A stretch of 64,000 nt of DNA, from the NCBI GenBank assembly GCA_965277715.1, contig OZ255836.1, forward strand, positions 640,001-704,000, read 5' to 3'. This document shows positions 31,702 to 44,005 of the stretch, one piece after another. The first letter of the stretch is position 1. Each line of letters opens with the position of its first letter. Source of the DNA: Gammaproteobacteria bacterium (GTDB lineage: Bacteria; Pseudomonadota; Gammaproteobacteria; JBCCGL01). The translations under genes were made by a program, and so were the position numbers. The notes below the pieces were generated by a model, which saw only the letters and a program-made list of their open reading frames with translations, did not search any database and was not told the DNA's origin.

Positions 31702-31746
31702 AATTCCTCAGTTGAATCTACTGCGAACACCTTATGCACTGAATCT
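31702..31746. repeat. 45-bp dispersed repeat, possible IS-end remnant (copy A)
   Basis: Matches 55329-55373 with 2 mismatches. Confidence 0.85.
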
Positions 31747-31788
31747 GTAGAGCAGGTATTGAAGGAGGAGAGAGGTTTATTTTTTCAA

Positions 31789-31828
31789 ATGGTACATATT
31801 TGCCAGTCGACTGGCAAATATGTACCAT
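31789..31828. promoter_or_regulatory. Perfect 40-bp palindrome, putative operator of the ATPase gene
   Basis: ATGGTACATATTTGCCAGTC|GACTGGCAAATATGTACCAT with no spacer; function inferred. Confidence 0.7.
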
Positions 31829-31856
31829 GAGCGCATCTCAGCACTCGCGGTTCACT

Positions 31857-33032
31857 ATGTCCCCTATACTAATTGACCGGCGGGCCCACGCGTTGTTAAA
31901 AGCCTTGTCTGCAAGTTATCCGGTGTTAGCTATTACCGGGCCAAGGCAGTCTGGAAAGACGACGCTGGCGAAGATGGCTTTTCCCGAAAAAACCTATGTC
32001 AACCTTGAAACGCCCACCAATCTGGACTTTGCCCGTAGCGATCCCGTGGGGTTTTTGCAGCGGTATGAAGCGGGTGCAATTATTGATGAGGCACAGAATT
32101 GCCCAGCGTTGTTTTCATATCTACAGGAGATTGTTGATAGGCGGCAGCAAATGGGGCAGTTTGTCGTGACGGGTTCGCAGCAATTTGGCATGGTTTCCAA
32201 AATCACCCAGTCGCTGGCAGGTAGAGTGGGGCTAGTCGAGTTGCTGCCGTTCACCATCAGTGAGTTGCAACACCTGGAGCACAGCAGTGACTTGCAAATG
32301 CTTAAAGGTTTTTATCCGCCACTCTATAGCCGCACTATTGAGCCAGAGTACTGGGCAGAAGATTACGTAAAAACCTATATTGAAAGAGATGTAAGAAAGA
32401 TCATTAATATTGTTGACCTGAGTAAATTCAGAACCTTTCTGAAATTGTGTGCTGCCAGGACAGGGCAGTTGATTAATCTTTCAGAAATTGGCGATGCGGC
32501 AGGTGTTAATCTGAAGACTGTGAAATCCTGGCTGTCGGTTTTGGAGAGCAGCTACGTCCTGTATTTACTGCCACCACACCATAAAAACTTTACCCGGCGT
32601 TTAGTCAAATCACCGAAACTTTATTTTTACGATACGGGTATTGTTTGTTACTTATTGGGTTTGACTCATGCTAAAGATCTGCAAGTAAGCCCGTTTCGAG
32701 GGCAAATTTTCGAGACAATGATAGTGTCTGAGCTGGCAAAATGCAGGTTGCATGGGCGTGATAAGATGAGCTTATATTTTTGGCGGGACAATAAAGGAAC
32801 AGAAATTGATTTGCTGATTGAGCGGGCGGGTAAGCTGCTGCCGGTTGAAATTAAATCGGGGCAGACGTTTCATTCATCCTGGCTAAAAAACCTATCGACG
32901 TATACCCACCTTGCACAGGAGAGTGTTGAGAATAAAGCGCTGGTTTATGGTGGTAGTGAGCAGTACAAGCGCCAGGGTGTTGAGGTCTTTTCCTGGGCGG
33001 GTAGCTCGGCCTTGCTAGACCTCATGTATTAA
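31857..33032 (+). CDS. AAA_14 ATPase with DUF4143 / PD-(D/E)xK-like C-terminus (alternative start 31827)
   Basis: GPRQSGKTT, IIDEAQ, VTGS, SLAGR, TYIERD, KSPKLYFYDTG, EIDLL...VEIKSG. Confidence 0.9.
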   Translation: MSPILIDRRAHALLKALSASYPVLAITGPRQSGKTTLAKMAFPEKTYVNLETPTNLDFARSDPVGFLQRYEAGAIIDEAQNCPALFSYLQEIVDRRQQMGQFVVTGSQQFGMVSKITQSLAGRVGLVELLPFTISELQHLEHSSDLQMLKGFYPPLYSRTIEPEYWAEDYVKTYIERDVRKIINIVDLSKFRTFLKLCAARTGQLINLSEIGDAAGVNLKTVKSWLSVLESSYVLYLLPPHHKNFTRRLVKSPKLYFYDTGIVCYLLGLTHAKDLQVSPFRGQIFETMIVSELAKCRLHGRDKMSLYFWRDNKGTEIDLLIERAGKLLPVEIKSGQTFHSSWLKNLSTYTHLAQESVENKALVYGGSEQYKRQGVEVFSWAGSSALLDLMY

Positions 33033-33067
33033 TTAAGTATGTGTCTATTGCTTCTCCTGGAGGTTAA

Positions 33068-34069
33068 CTACGCATAGGGCAAGGTACGGTTCAACCCCAT
33101 CGATTTGGCTTTTTCCAGCATCGCCGCACCCAGGGCAATATCGGAGGTCGCCAGGCCGCGATGCCAAAATAAGATGGTCTCATCATCACTTTCCCGCCCC
33201 GGTTTTAATCCGGCGGCGATTTCGCCCACTTCGGCGTAGAACGATTGTTCGTCGATTTTTCCCGCGTTGATATGGGGGCGTAACGCGCCCAGTGGGCCGG
33301 AGCGCAGTTGCCCTAAATCATCCATGACGAATTTGTCGAAGTGGTCAGTAAAGTCGAGCGGCAGGGTCGACATGGTGCCATAGGGCACCACTAGTGTGCC
33401 TTTGCGCACCCAGGCGCTGTCAAACAGGGGGGTTGGTTCAGATAGTCGGGATGCCTCGACCTGGATATCGGCACCCGCCAGGCAGTCCTGCCAGTTGTCG
33501 GTTACGCGTATGGGTTTGCCGAGGTCGTTTTGTAGTTTTTCGGCAAAGGCGTCGCGGCTTTCCGGGCGGCGCGAGTGTACGCGGATTTCGTCAAAGTCGA
33601 ACAGGTGGTCGAGTAGGCGCACGTTCCAGTAGGCGGTGCCACGCGCACCGATATGGCCGAGTATGCGGGGGTTTTTGGGGGCCAGGTGTTTGGCGCCGAG
33701 TGCGGTGACGGCGCCGGTGCGCATGTCGGTGATGCCGCTGGCGTCGAGTACGGCCAGCGGGGTGCCGGTGCGTGGGTCGAAGAGGTTTAGCAGGGCCATT
33801 TCAGAGGGGAGCCCGCGTTTGTAGTTGTCTACGTAGTCACCGACGATTTTGAATCCGGCGTAGTTTAAGGGGGCGATGTAGCCGCGCAGGATGTTGAAGT
33901 GGCCGTTGAATGTGGGGTCCGGGTGTAGGTGTAGGCGGGGTTCGATGACGGTTTCGCGGCGCCCGGCGGCGATTAGGCCGGTGTCGACTGCGGTGAGGAT
34001 TTCGTCATTGCTGAGTGCCAGTTGGGCGATATCCGGGCCGCTTAGGTATTCGATATTGATGTTTCCCAT
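33068..34069 (-). CDS. Ornithine cyclodeaminase / mu-crystallin family protein
   Basis: ITDMRTGAVTA, IGARGTA, GEIAAGLKPGRE, GLATSDIA. Confidence 0.9.
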   Translation of the reverse strand: MGNINIEYLSGPDIAQLALSNDEILTAVDTGLIAAGRRETVIEPRLHLHPDPTFNGHFNILRGYIAPLNYAGFKIVGDYVDNYKRGLPSEMALLNLFDPRTGTPLAVLDASGITDMRTGAVTALGAKHLAPKNPRILGHIGARGTAYWNVRLLDHLFDFDEIRVHSRRPESRDAFAEKLQNDLGKPIRVTDNWQDCLAGADIQVEASRLSEPTPLFDSAWVRKGTLVVPYGTMSTLPLDFTDHFDKFVMDDLGQLRSGPLGALRPHINAGKIDEQSFYAEVGEIAAGLKPGRESDDETILFWHRGLATSDIALGAAMLEKAKSMGLNRTLPYA

Positions 34070-34281
34070 AGAGGTGGGTTCCGCAGATAAAGTTGTGTTT
34101 TATACGAGTGGGGGGAGGGTGTCAAAGTGGATAGGGAGGGTTTGCTGAATTTTTGTCTCTATGTGAGACGTGTTAGGCGTACGCCAACTGCCCCTGTGGA
34201 AAGCAGGCTGATACTGATTGCCGGTGGTATGAGGTTGTGTTTCTGATGTATTGCCTGTTGGCCAAAAAGGTGTTTGCTTAT

Positions 34282-35127
34282 TTAGGGCTTTCCGCTTACC
34301 AGGCGAATATGGTATGTGCGTTGTTTTCTGGCGCCGTAGGCGAGGCCGTTGAGGAAGTTGACGCTGGTCATGATGCTGTAGTCGTTGATTGCGAGAATTT
34401 CAGACCAGTATTGAAATGCCTGGACACCGGGGAAGTGGGCGAGTTGCTCCGGGTCGTAGTAGTGGGCGTAGATGGTGTTTGACCAGTAGTAGTATGAACG
34501 CGTGTTGGGGAAATAGCGCGGGTCGATTTTGGGGATGTAGGCGCTGTTGTATACGAGTGATTGCAGTTCTTCGGTGGTGGGTAAACGCCAGTTCTCCAGC
34601 CCGCACAGTTTTTGCCGGTTGATTGTGTCGAGGTAGGCTTCGGTATCGCAGTCTGAGTATAGGCAGGCGCCGCCGTCGGCTCGCCCTGAGGCAGGTACGC
34701 CGTTTTTATCGCCACGGGTAAACCAGGTGTAGGTGTGTTGTGCGTCGCGCAGTCCGCCGTCACGGGTTTTGACTTCCCACACCAGGTTGGTGTCGTTACT
34801 TCTGACGCACTGCCAGTGGTCAGCAGATGGCGGCAGTTGTTTGCCATATATGTCGAGTTTGCTGTACGGCGGGGCCAGCATGGCGTTGAAAATGTCGGTG
34901 ATGAGTGTGTCGTTGTACGCCGGGTAATCGCGCTGCCGGTCGGCCTGTTGTTCTGCCTGTAGGCGGGTCTGTTCGGCTTGCCTGGCGGCTTCGAGGCGTG
35001 TTATCTGTGCTTCGCGCATGACCGTTGCCTGGTGGAAAACCAGCCCGATAAACAGTAGCAGTGTGAGTAACGTCAGCTTGCGCCAGGTAAGCCGGTGAAA
35101 TACTGATGGTGGGCTGCTGCTAACCAT
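34282..35127 (-). CDS. Membrane-anchored DUF1566 (Lcl C-terminal, C-type-lectin-like) domain protein
   Basis: TM, coiled coil, WQCVRSNDTNLVWEVK, LCGLENWRLPTTEEL, YWS, IRLV. Confidence 0.82.
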   Translation of the reverse strand: MVSSSPPSVFHRLTWRKLTLLTLLLFIGLVFHQATVMREAQITRLEAARQAEQTRLQAEQQADRQRDYPAYNDTLITDIFNAMLAPPYSKLDIYGKQLPPSADHWQCVRSNDTNLVWEVKTRDGGLRDAQHTYTWFTRGDKNGVPASGRADGGACLYSDCDTEAYLDTINRQKLCGLENWRLPTTEELQSLVYNSAYIPKIDPRYFPNTRSYYYWSNTIYAHYYDPEQLAHFPGVQAFQYWSEILAINDYSIMTSVNFLNGLAYGARKQRTYHIRLVSGKP

Positions 35128-35307
35128 TGGATCACTCCAGAAGGTGTCAGAAAACGATTGCGCTCGGTAATACGGCACTCGTGAGGCTTTACAATACCCT
35201 TTTCCAGTTGATGAAGGAAATTTCAGTTCCAGCGCATCTGTGTATAATCCATGCGCCGTGCTTCGTCGTAAAGTACGTACTGCATTTTGACACTTGGAGG
35301 ATCGTTC

Positions 35308-36273
35308 ATGAAAAAAAACAGTATTGTAGGTGTGTTAGCGGTAACCGCCTCTGTTTTCACCAGCACTGCCTGGACTGATGTTGTCACCGTTGATCTGTCT
35401 CACCCCATCCCCACTTTTGCGCCCAGCGCGGAAGACCCGATGAAACCCGATTTGTCCAAACCCTACCTGGATTCTGTACCCATCCCTACATTTGGCAGTC
35501 AGGCCGTTTTTGCCCTGGGGCAATTCCCCACCAGCGATGGTCATTTTGATTTGGGAACGCTGGTGCTGGCCGAGCACCACGGTACTCACCTGGACACACC
35601 GGGGCACTATATCAACAACGAAAAAAGCATGGAGCCTGGTGGCATACCCGTTGCCGATCGAAAATTGGCTCACCAACTGGATGCGAGCGATCTGATTGGC
35701 AAAGCGGTAATGATTGATATATCCGGGCGTGTGGATACCGAACTGGCCAAAAACGGTGGTGTGCCCAGCGCAGATGTAAATGTCACCGATTTTTCCAATT
35801 CATCTGCAAACGTGGTGGGCGCCGATGACATCATGGCGGTTGCCGATGATATCGATAACGGTGTGTGGCTGGTAATCAACACGGGCTGGTCGCGGTTCTA
35901 TTTTTCGGGAACCGATTTTGCGAAAGATCCCTACATCAATGGGTTTAACCACCCGGGTATCAGCAGGGCCGGTGTCGACAAACTGATTGAAATCATGGAT
36001 GAAAAAGGCGTCCTCATTAACGGTATTGTCGCCGACAATATCGGTATCGATTCCGGCCAGAACGCGGTTGGTGACGATGACAAATGGACTAACTCCTGGC
36101 ATGCCCATGTACGCCTGTTGCAGCGGGGGGTTAAGTTTGTCGAAAACGCGACGAACCTTGGCCAGCTCAAAATGGTCGGTGACCCAGGCGACTGTACTAT
36201 CGTGGTGGGCGCACCGAAACACGTACGCGGCACAGGTGGCCCCTCGCGTGTTCTGGCAATTTGTGAATCCTGA
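35308..36273 (+). CDS. Exported cyclase-family (kynurenine formamidase-like) metal hydrolase
   Basis: Signal-peptide-like N-terminus, DLSHPI, EHHGTHLDTPGH, NTGW, FVEN, GGPSRVLA; GGAGG RBS. Confidence 0.85.
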   Translation: MKKNSIVGVLAVTASVFTSTAWTDVVTVDLSHPIPTFAPSAEDPMKPDLSKPYLDSVPIPTFGSQAVFALGQFPTSDGHFDLGTLVLAEHHGTHLDTPGHYINNEKSMEPGGIPVADRKLAHQLDASDLIGKAVMIDISGRVDTELAKNGGVPSADVNVTDFSNSSANVVGADDIMAVADDIDNGVWLVINTGWSRFYFSGTDFAKDPYINGFNHPGISRAGVDKLIEIMDEKGVLINGIVADNIGIDSGQNAVGDDDKWTNSWHAHVRLLQRGVKFVENATNLGQLKMVGDPGDCTIVVGAPKHVRGTGGPSRVLAICES

Positions 36274-36321
36274 CTAGACCCTATGCATTGACTTGCACAC
36301 AAGTCAATGCATCGAGTCTAG
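36274..36321. repeat. CTAG-bounded palindromic mini-element, copy 3 (most complete); may act as a bidirectional terminator
   Basis: CTAGACCCT-ATGCATTGACTTG-CACA-CAAGTCAATGCAT-CGAGTCTAG between convergent genes. Confidence 0.85.
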
Positions 36322-37856
36322 CGGTCCAGCAAACCCAGCGCATACGACGCCGATGCCCTGACTTGTGCATCGGCGTCGGACTGCGCCAGGCCGGTTAAAA
36401 CCGTTTTGGCCTGCGGGTCACCCAGGTAACCCAGTGACAAGGCCGCTTCTTTTCTGACCCTCGCGTACCTATCTTTCGTTGCCGCCAGCAGTGGGGCGAT
36501 ATTTCGATGGGTACGGTCCCGGCCCAACACCATCGCCGCTTGCCAGCGCACCTCGGCTGAAATGTCGTTTAATGCCTTAACCGCCAGGCTGCGGAAACGG
36601 GTGGGGTCACTGACGCCCATCGACCGCAAGGCAACGGCGCGCACGCGTGCATCCGGGTCAGCTATGCTGCGTTTTAGCACATCATCTGCAGTGCCCGCGT
36701 GCGTGTAACCAATACCGTAGAGACCGTGCCAGCGGGCGCGGTATAGCCCCTCAGCTACTTGCAGCAGAAGCGGGCGATTACGCGCAACGACATAGGGTTG
36801 CGTTACCACCTTGAATAATTTATCCGCATGATGGGGATCGATGGCGATAACCGTGCGCAGAAATTCGTTCAATACCGATAGCTCGACGACAGCTTTATTG
36901 GGGTATCGCTCCACCCATGCAACCGGGTGGTCAAAAAACGCCTCTGCGTACCGGGTGGCGATGGCGACGATAGGGTCAATGCTTTCTTTGTCGTTGTGTT
37001 CGCGGAAAATTTCCAGCGCCTGAATTTGCAACAGTGGGTCGTCGCTGTTCAATGCCTGCAGTAAACCGTTAGTCCCGCCGTCGAAAGCAGCCAACGCAAT
37101 TAAAGTGAAGCGGCGCACCCGGTCACTGCCGGTGGTGTTGAATAGCTGCTGCACGGTGGGTGGCGCTGTTGTGCCACCGATACCCGCTATTGCTTTCAGC
37201 GTGGTTACCAGCGTCGCCTCGTCGGTATCGGCTTGTACCAGGGGCAATAAGTATTTTAACGCCGCAGGGTGACCGCTGTTGCCCAGCGCGACGATAGCGG
37301 TATGGCGAAATATGGTATCGCTACTCTGAATGGCGTGGCTGAGTATCTGCAGCGCCTCGGGTGTACGATAATTGCCCAGGCTGCCGAGTAGTGCGCGCTG
37401 CACGACGCTGTTTGTCACCGTATTGGCATCTGCCAGAATATTTCCCGCTATTTGTTCAGATCGCGGGGAAACGATGCCAGACAAGGCCGTCGCACACGCG
37501 ACGCGAACAGGTGCCTCACTTTCTGACATTAGGCATTTTTCAATCGATGGCAAAGCGGCGGGTGCGCCGATCTTTCCCAGTGAGATAAACACCGCCTGAC
37601 GCACTGAGGGTTGCGGTTCACCGCGTTCGAGTAAAGCCAACAGTTGCCTGGTAACCTCCGCCCCCCGGTGGTGGCCAAGCGAGTGCGCGGCCCGCTGCCG
37701 TATTTCGGCATGTTCGTCCTGTAACGCATCGAATAGCGCGGGCAGGGGAATAGCGGTGTGCTCCCAGCCGTTCGCGTGTGCCGTAGGTGGAGAGGTAAAT
37801 AGAAAGCAGGCCAGAGCACTCCAGAGTACAAGCGGTAAATGAACGCGGCAGAGCAT
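36318..37856 (-). CDS. Exported HEAT/PBS-lyase repeat protein
   Basis: AHA signal cleavage site; repeated VR..AA..LG units. Confidence 0.85.
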   Translation of the reverse strand: MLCRVHLPLVLWSALACFLFTSPPTAHANGWEHTAIPLPALFDALQDEHAEIRQRAAHSLGHHRGAEVTRQLLALLERGEPQPSVRQAVFISLGKIGAPAALPSIEKCLMSESEAPVRVACATALSGIVSPRSEQIAGNILADANTVTNSVVQRALLGSLGNYRTPEALQILSHAIQSSDTIFRHTAIVALGNSGHPAALKYLLPLVQADTDEATLVTTLKAIAGIGGTTAPPTVQQLFNTTGSDRVRRFTLIALAAFDGGTNGLLQALNSDDPLLQIQALEIFREHNDKESIDPIVAIATRYAEAFFDHPVAWVERYPNKAVVELSVLNEFLRTVIAIDPHHADKLFKVVTQPYVVARNRPLLLQVAEGLYRARWHGLYGIGYTHAGTADDVLKRSIADPDARVRAVALRSMGVSDPTRFRSLAVKALNDISAEVRWQAAMVLGRDRTHRNIAPLLAATKDRYARVRKEAALSLGYLGDPQAKTVLTGLAQSDADAQVRASASYALGLLDR

Positions 37857-37985
37857 AGAGATAGATTCTTTAAAAAACCAGTTGACCAATATACCTTATC
37901 GCAAGACTCCGGGATTGAGAAAAAAGCGTGTAAACGGATGGTGTATTAGCGTCGGCGAACGACTTTATGAATAACCGCTAACAGG

Positions 37986-38669
37986 TTACTTATTGACGGG
38001 TAATCCAGACGATATTTTAGTGGCTATCCAGCTATCCACTGCACTACGGCAAATCGATTGCGAGTGCGCTATTTCCGGTACTTTATTCAATGTGTTTAAC
38101 CACTCGGTGAGGGTGGGCGGTAAGGTTAATGTCCGGCCAAATATCTGTAATAGTTTATTAGCCATTTGCAGTGTCGATGGAAACCCGCAATCAGTCAGGC
38201 TTATTTGTTCGCCACCCAAAAAAGGTGACGGCGGTGCGCTGTGTAGGATGATTGTTTCCAGCCGCTCTAATGCATTGTTGAGGTTTAGGTAGGCTGTATC
38301 AAATGTTTCACCCATCCCATCACGGCTACACTCAACCAAGGGGAAAAAAGCGCGTATGGTGGGTTCCAGGGCGGTATCGTGGTAGCGGGCAATAGCCCGT
38401 AGCACGGCCCGTTTTTGTTTGTTTTCCGGGCGCATGGGTGGGTTGGGGTATTGGTCTTCGAGGTATTCGATTATCGCATCTGAATCGTGTAGTACAAAAC
38501 TGCCCTGGCGAATGGCGGGAATGGACCCTGCGGGTACGATTGCCCGGTAACGGGGAGAACCATAGCCGTCGGGTGGCGGGGTTTCGGTGTATGCGATGCC
38601 TTTTAAGTCGAGAACGACACGCACTTTGGCACAGTAGGCACTCACGGGGAGGGCAAATAATTCAATCAT
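37986..38669 (-). CDS. Glutathione S-transferase family protein
   Basis: SAYCAKVRVVL, PAGSIPAI, DSDAIIEYLED, FLGGEQISLTD; GGAG RBS before ATG 38669. Confidence 0.9.
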   Translation of the reverse strand: MIELFALPVSAYCAKVRVVLDLKGIAYTETPPPDGYGSPRYRAIVPAGSIPAIRQGSFVLHDSDAIIEYLEDQYPNPPMRPENKQKRAVLRAIARYHDTALEPTIRAFFPLVECSRDGMGETFDTAYLNLNNALERLETIILHSAPPSPFLGGEQISLTDCGFPSTLQMANKLLQIFGRTLTLPPTLTEWLNTLNKVPEIAHSQSICRSAVDSWIATKISSGLPVNK

Positions 38670-38697
38670 TGTAAGCTCCATGAAACGTGGGAATTGA

Positions 38698-41229
<2,532 letters not shown>

Positions 41230-41230
41230 T

Positions 41231-41746
41231 ATGCATAGATACCGTTCAATTGCACACCTTGGGGTGTTACTTATCGTGTTGTTTGTCGGCTTGAGTGGCT
41301 GTGGTTTTTACTTGCGTGGCAGCGGTGTATCGGCAGACGTTATCGGCCCGGTGTTTATCACCTCAGGTGCACGCAGTGAAATTGCCAACAACTTGCGCCG
41401 CACACTGCAAGACCGTGACGTGGTACTGAGTGACAAACGCGAAGACGCAGCTATCCAGCTCGATATTAATAGCGAGGAAACCAACAGCCGCACGCTCTCT
41501 ATTGGTCTCAATTCCAGCCTGCGCGATATTGAGCTAAATTATACCGTTAACTTCACCGCACGACGTACCGATGGTGAGGCCACACTGCCCGAGCAGTTGC
41601 GCATTATCCGCGAATATAATTACGATACCAATGAAGTGCTGCGCAGTGCCGATGAACAGGATTTATTGTACAAAGAAATGCGCCGTGAGCTGGTGCGTCG
41701 TTTGCTGGTGCGCCTGTCGACCCTCAGCCGGGAGGGTGAGCAGTGA
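41231..41746 (+). CDS. lptE: LPS assembly lipoprotein LptE
   Basis: Lipobox LSGCGFYLRG; immediately after leuS. Confidence 0.92.
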   Translation: MHRYRSIAHLGVLLIVLFVGLSGCGFYLRGSGVSADVIGPVFITSGARSEIANNLRRTLQDRDVVLSDKREDAAIQLDINSEETNSRTLSIGLNSSLRDIELNYTVNFTARRTDGEATLPEQLRIIREYNYDTNEVLRSADEQDLLYKEMRRELVRRLLVRLSTLSREGEQ

Positions 41747-42528
41747 CACTGGTCGATTCGCATTGCCATATCAACTTCGATGGCCTGGGTGAACGCCTGC
41801 CTGAGGTGATGGAAAATGCACGCTTGAACAATGTCTCGCACATGGTGGCGATATCGGTGGATATGGCAAATTACCCCCGTGTACGCGATATTGCCGATAG
41901 CTATCCCAATGTATTTTGCAGCGTGGGTGTGCACCCCAATACAGCGCCAGATGGGAGTGAAGGGTTTGAGCCGAGCCGCGAACAATTAATTGATCTGGCG
42001 GCGCATTCACGCGTGGTCGGCATTGGCGAAACCGGCCTCGACTACTTTCGCAGTGAAGGCGATCTGGAATGGCAGCGCGAGCGCTTTCGGCGGCATATCG
42101 ACGCAGGCAGGGAGACCCGGTTACCATTAATTATCCACACCCGTGAGGCGGCGGCGGATACGTTGAAAATGTTGCGTGAGGAACAGGTCGGTACAGCAAC
42201 CGGCGTTATCCATTGTTTTACCGAGGACTGGGCCTTTGCCGAGGTGGTATTGGATCTGGGTTTTTATTTATCATTTTCCGGTATCGTTACCTTTAAATCG
42301 GCAAAAAAAATACAGGAAGTTGCCGCCAAAGCACCGATTGATCGTATTCTGGTGGAGACAGACGCCCCGTATTTGGCACCTGTGCCACACCGGGGCAAAA
42401 CCAATGAACCGGCGTATGTTAAGCACACCGCAGCGTTTGTGGCCGAGTTGCGCGGCATACCGCTGGATGAGCTGGCGGCGCGCACCACAGAAAACTTTTT
42501 TCGTTTATTTTCACGCGCTGCGGCATAG
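41743..42528 (+). CDS. TatD family hydrolase (YcfH-like)
   Basis: DSHCH, GVHP, IGETGLDY, IIHTRE, IHCF, LVETDAPYLAP. Confidence 0.95.
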   Translation: MTLVDSHCHINFDGLGERLPEVMENARLNNVSHMVAISVDMANYPRVRDIADSYPNVFCSVGVHPNTAPDGSEGFEPSREQLIDLAAHSRVVGIGETGLDYFRSEGDLEWQRERFRRHIDAGRETRLPLIIHTREAAADTLKMLREEQVGTATGVIHCFTEDWAFAEVVLDLGFYLSFSGIVTFKSAKKIQEVAAKAPIDRILVETDAPYLAPVPHRGKTNEPAYVKHTAAFVAELRGIPLDELAARTTENFFRLFSRAAA

Positions 42529-42645
42529 AGTGCGTTGGTGTTAGTGGTGCTTAACAGGGTTTTTGCCCCATTGTATCCGCGCTATAATCTTCGCCGTATC
42601 CTGTACAGTAATAACCCCACAAACTGCCAACCCTAAGGTAATCCT

Positions 42646-44004
42646 ATGTTTGATGCACTCGGCGAACGCCTGGGCAAAACGATCAAAACCCTGAGTGGTC
42701 AGGGTCGACTCACCGAACAAAATATCAAGGATGCGCTGCGCGATGTCCGTATGGCGCTGCTGGAGGCGGATGTTGCATTGCCGGTGGTCAAGACATTTAT
42801 CGATGCGGTGAGTAATAAAGCCCTGGGGCAGGAGGTGGTCGGTAGCCTGACGCCAGGGCAGGCGATGATCAAGGTGGTCAACGATGAGCTGACGCACTTA
42901 ATGGGTACGAGTAATGAAGCGCTGGCACTCAATGCGCAACCCCCGGTTGTCATTCTCGTCGCGGGTTTGCAGGGGGCTGGTAAAACAACCTCTATTGCGA
43001 AACTCGCCCGCTACCTGAAAGAGCGACAAAATAAAAAAGTGATGGTCACCAGTTGTGATGTCTATCGCCCTGCGGCGATCGAACAACTCAAGGTATTGGC
43101 GCAGGAGGTTGGGGCTGGGCACTTTCCCTCGAATGTGGAACAGAGCCCATCGGCGATTGCCAGGGCGGCGATTGATCAGGCGAAAAAATCGTTTGCCGAT
43201 GTGTTGCTGATCGATACCGCCGGTCGCCTGCATGTAGACGACGAGATGATGGCGGAGATAAAGGCATTGCACGGCGTTTGCCAGCCCGCTGAAACCTTGT
43301 TTGTGGTGGACAGTATGACCGGCCAGGATGCGGCCAATACAGCCAAAGCATTTGATCAGGCATTACCGCTGACGGGGATAATACTCACTAAGACGGACGG
43401 CGATGCGCGTGGTGGGGCGGCATTGTCGGTGCGTATGATTACGGGTAAACCGATTAAATTTATCGGCTCGGGTGAGAAAACCACCGCGCTGGAGGTTTTT
43501 CACCCTGAGCGCATCGCCTCGCGCATTCTCGGTATGGGGGATGTGGTTAGCCTGGTAGAGGAAGTTCAGCAAAAGGTCGATCATCAGAAGGCGGAAAAAC
43601 TCGCCAAAAAAATCAAAAAGGGAAAAGGGTTTGATATGGTTGATCTGCGCGACCAGATGCAGCAGATGCAGTCGATGGGCGGGCTGGCTGGGCTGGCGGG
43701 TAAGCTGCCGGGTATGGGTAAGATGATGGATACCGCCAAAGCCAAAACGGGGGAAAAGGATATGGCGCGTGCTATCGCGATAATCAATTCCATGACCCCG
43801 CAGGAGCGTCGCTTTCCCGCTGTGATTAAAGGCTCGCGAAAACGCCGTATTGCCGCCGGTAGTGGTGTGCAGGTTCAGGATGTCAACCGCCTGCTTAAAC
43901 AACACCTGCAAATGAGCAAAATGATGAAAAAAATGGCCAAGGGCGGTATGGCGAAAATGATGCGCGGCATGCAGGGCCAGCTGCCGCCGGGTATGGGGTT
44001 TTAG
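42646..44004 (+). CDS. ffh: Signal recognition particle protein Ffh
   Basis: GLQGAGKTT, DTAGRL, DGDARGGAALS, RILGMGD, Met-rich M domain. Confidence 0.99.
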   Translation: MFDALGERLGKTIKTLSGQGRLTEQNIKDALRDVRMALLEADVALPVVKTFIDAVSNKALGQEVVGSLTPGQAMIKVVNDELTHLMGTSNEALALNAQPPVVILVAGLQGAGKTTSIAKLARYLKERQNKKVMVTSCDVYRPAAIEQLKVLAQEVGAGHFPSNVEQSPSAIARAAIDQAKKSFADVLLIDTAGRLHVDDEMMAEIKALHGVCQPAETLFVVDSMTGQDAANTAKAFDQALPLTGIILTKTDGDARGGAALSVRMITGKPIKFIGSGEKTTALEVFHPERIASRILGMGDVVSLVEEVQQKVDHQKAEKLAKKIKKGKGFDMVDLRDQMQQMQSMGGLAGLAGKLPGMGKMMDTAKAKTGEKDMARAIAIINSMTPQERRFPAVIKGSRKRRIAAGSGVQVQDVNRLLKQHLQMSKMMKKMAKGGMAKMMRGMQGQLPPGMGF

Positions 44005-44005
44005 T

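Noticed and set aside
34282-34450. DGR variable region in the DUF1566 gene
   Set aside because: No reverse transcriptase or adenine-mismatched template repeat seen in the window; the intron relic has no RT
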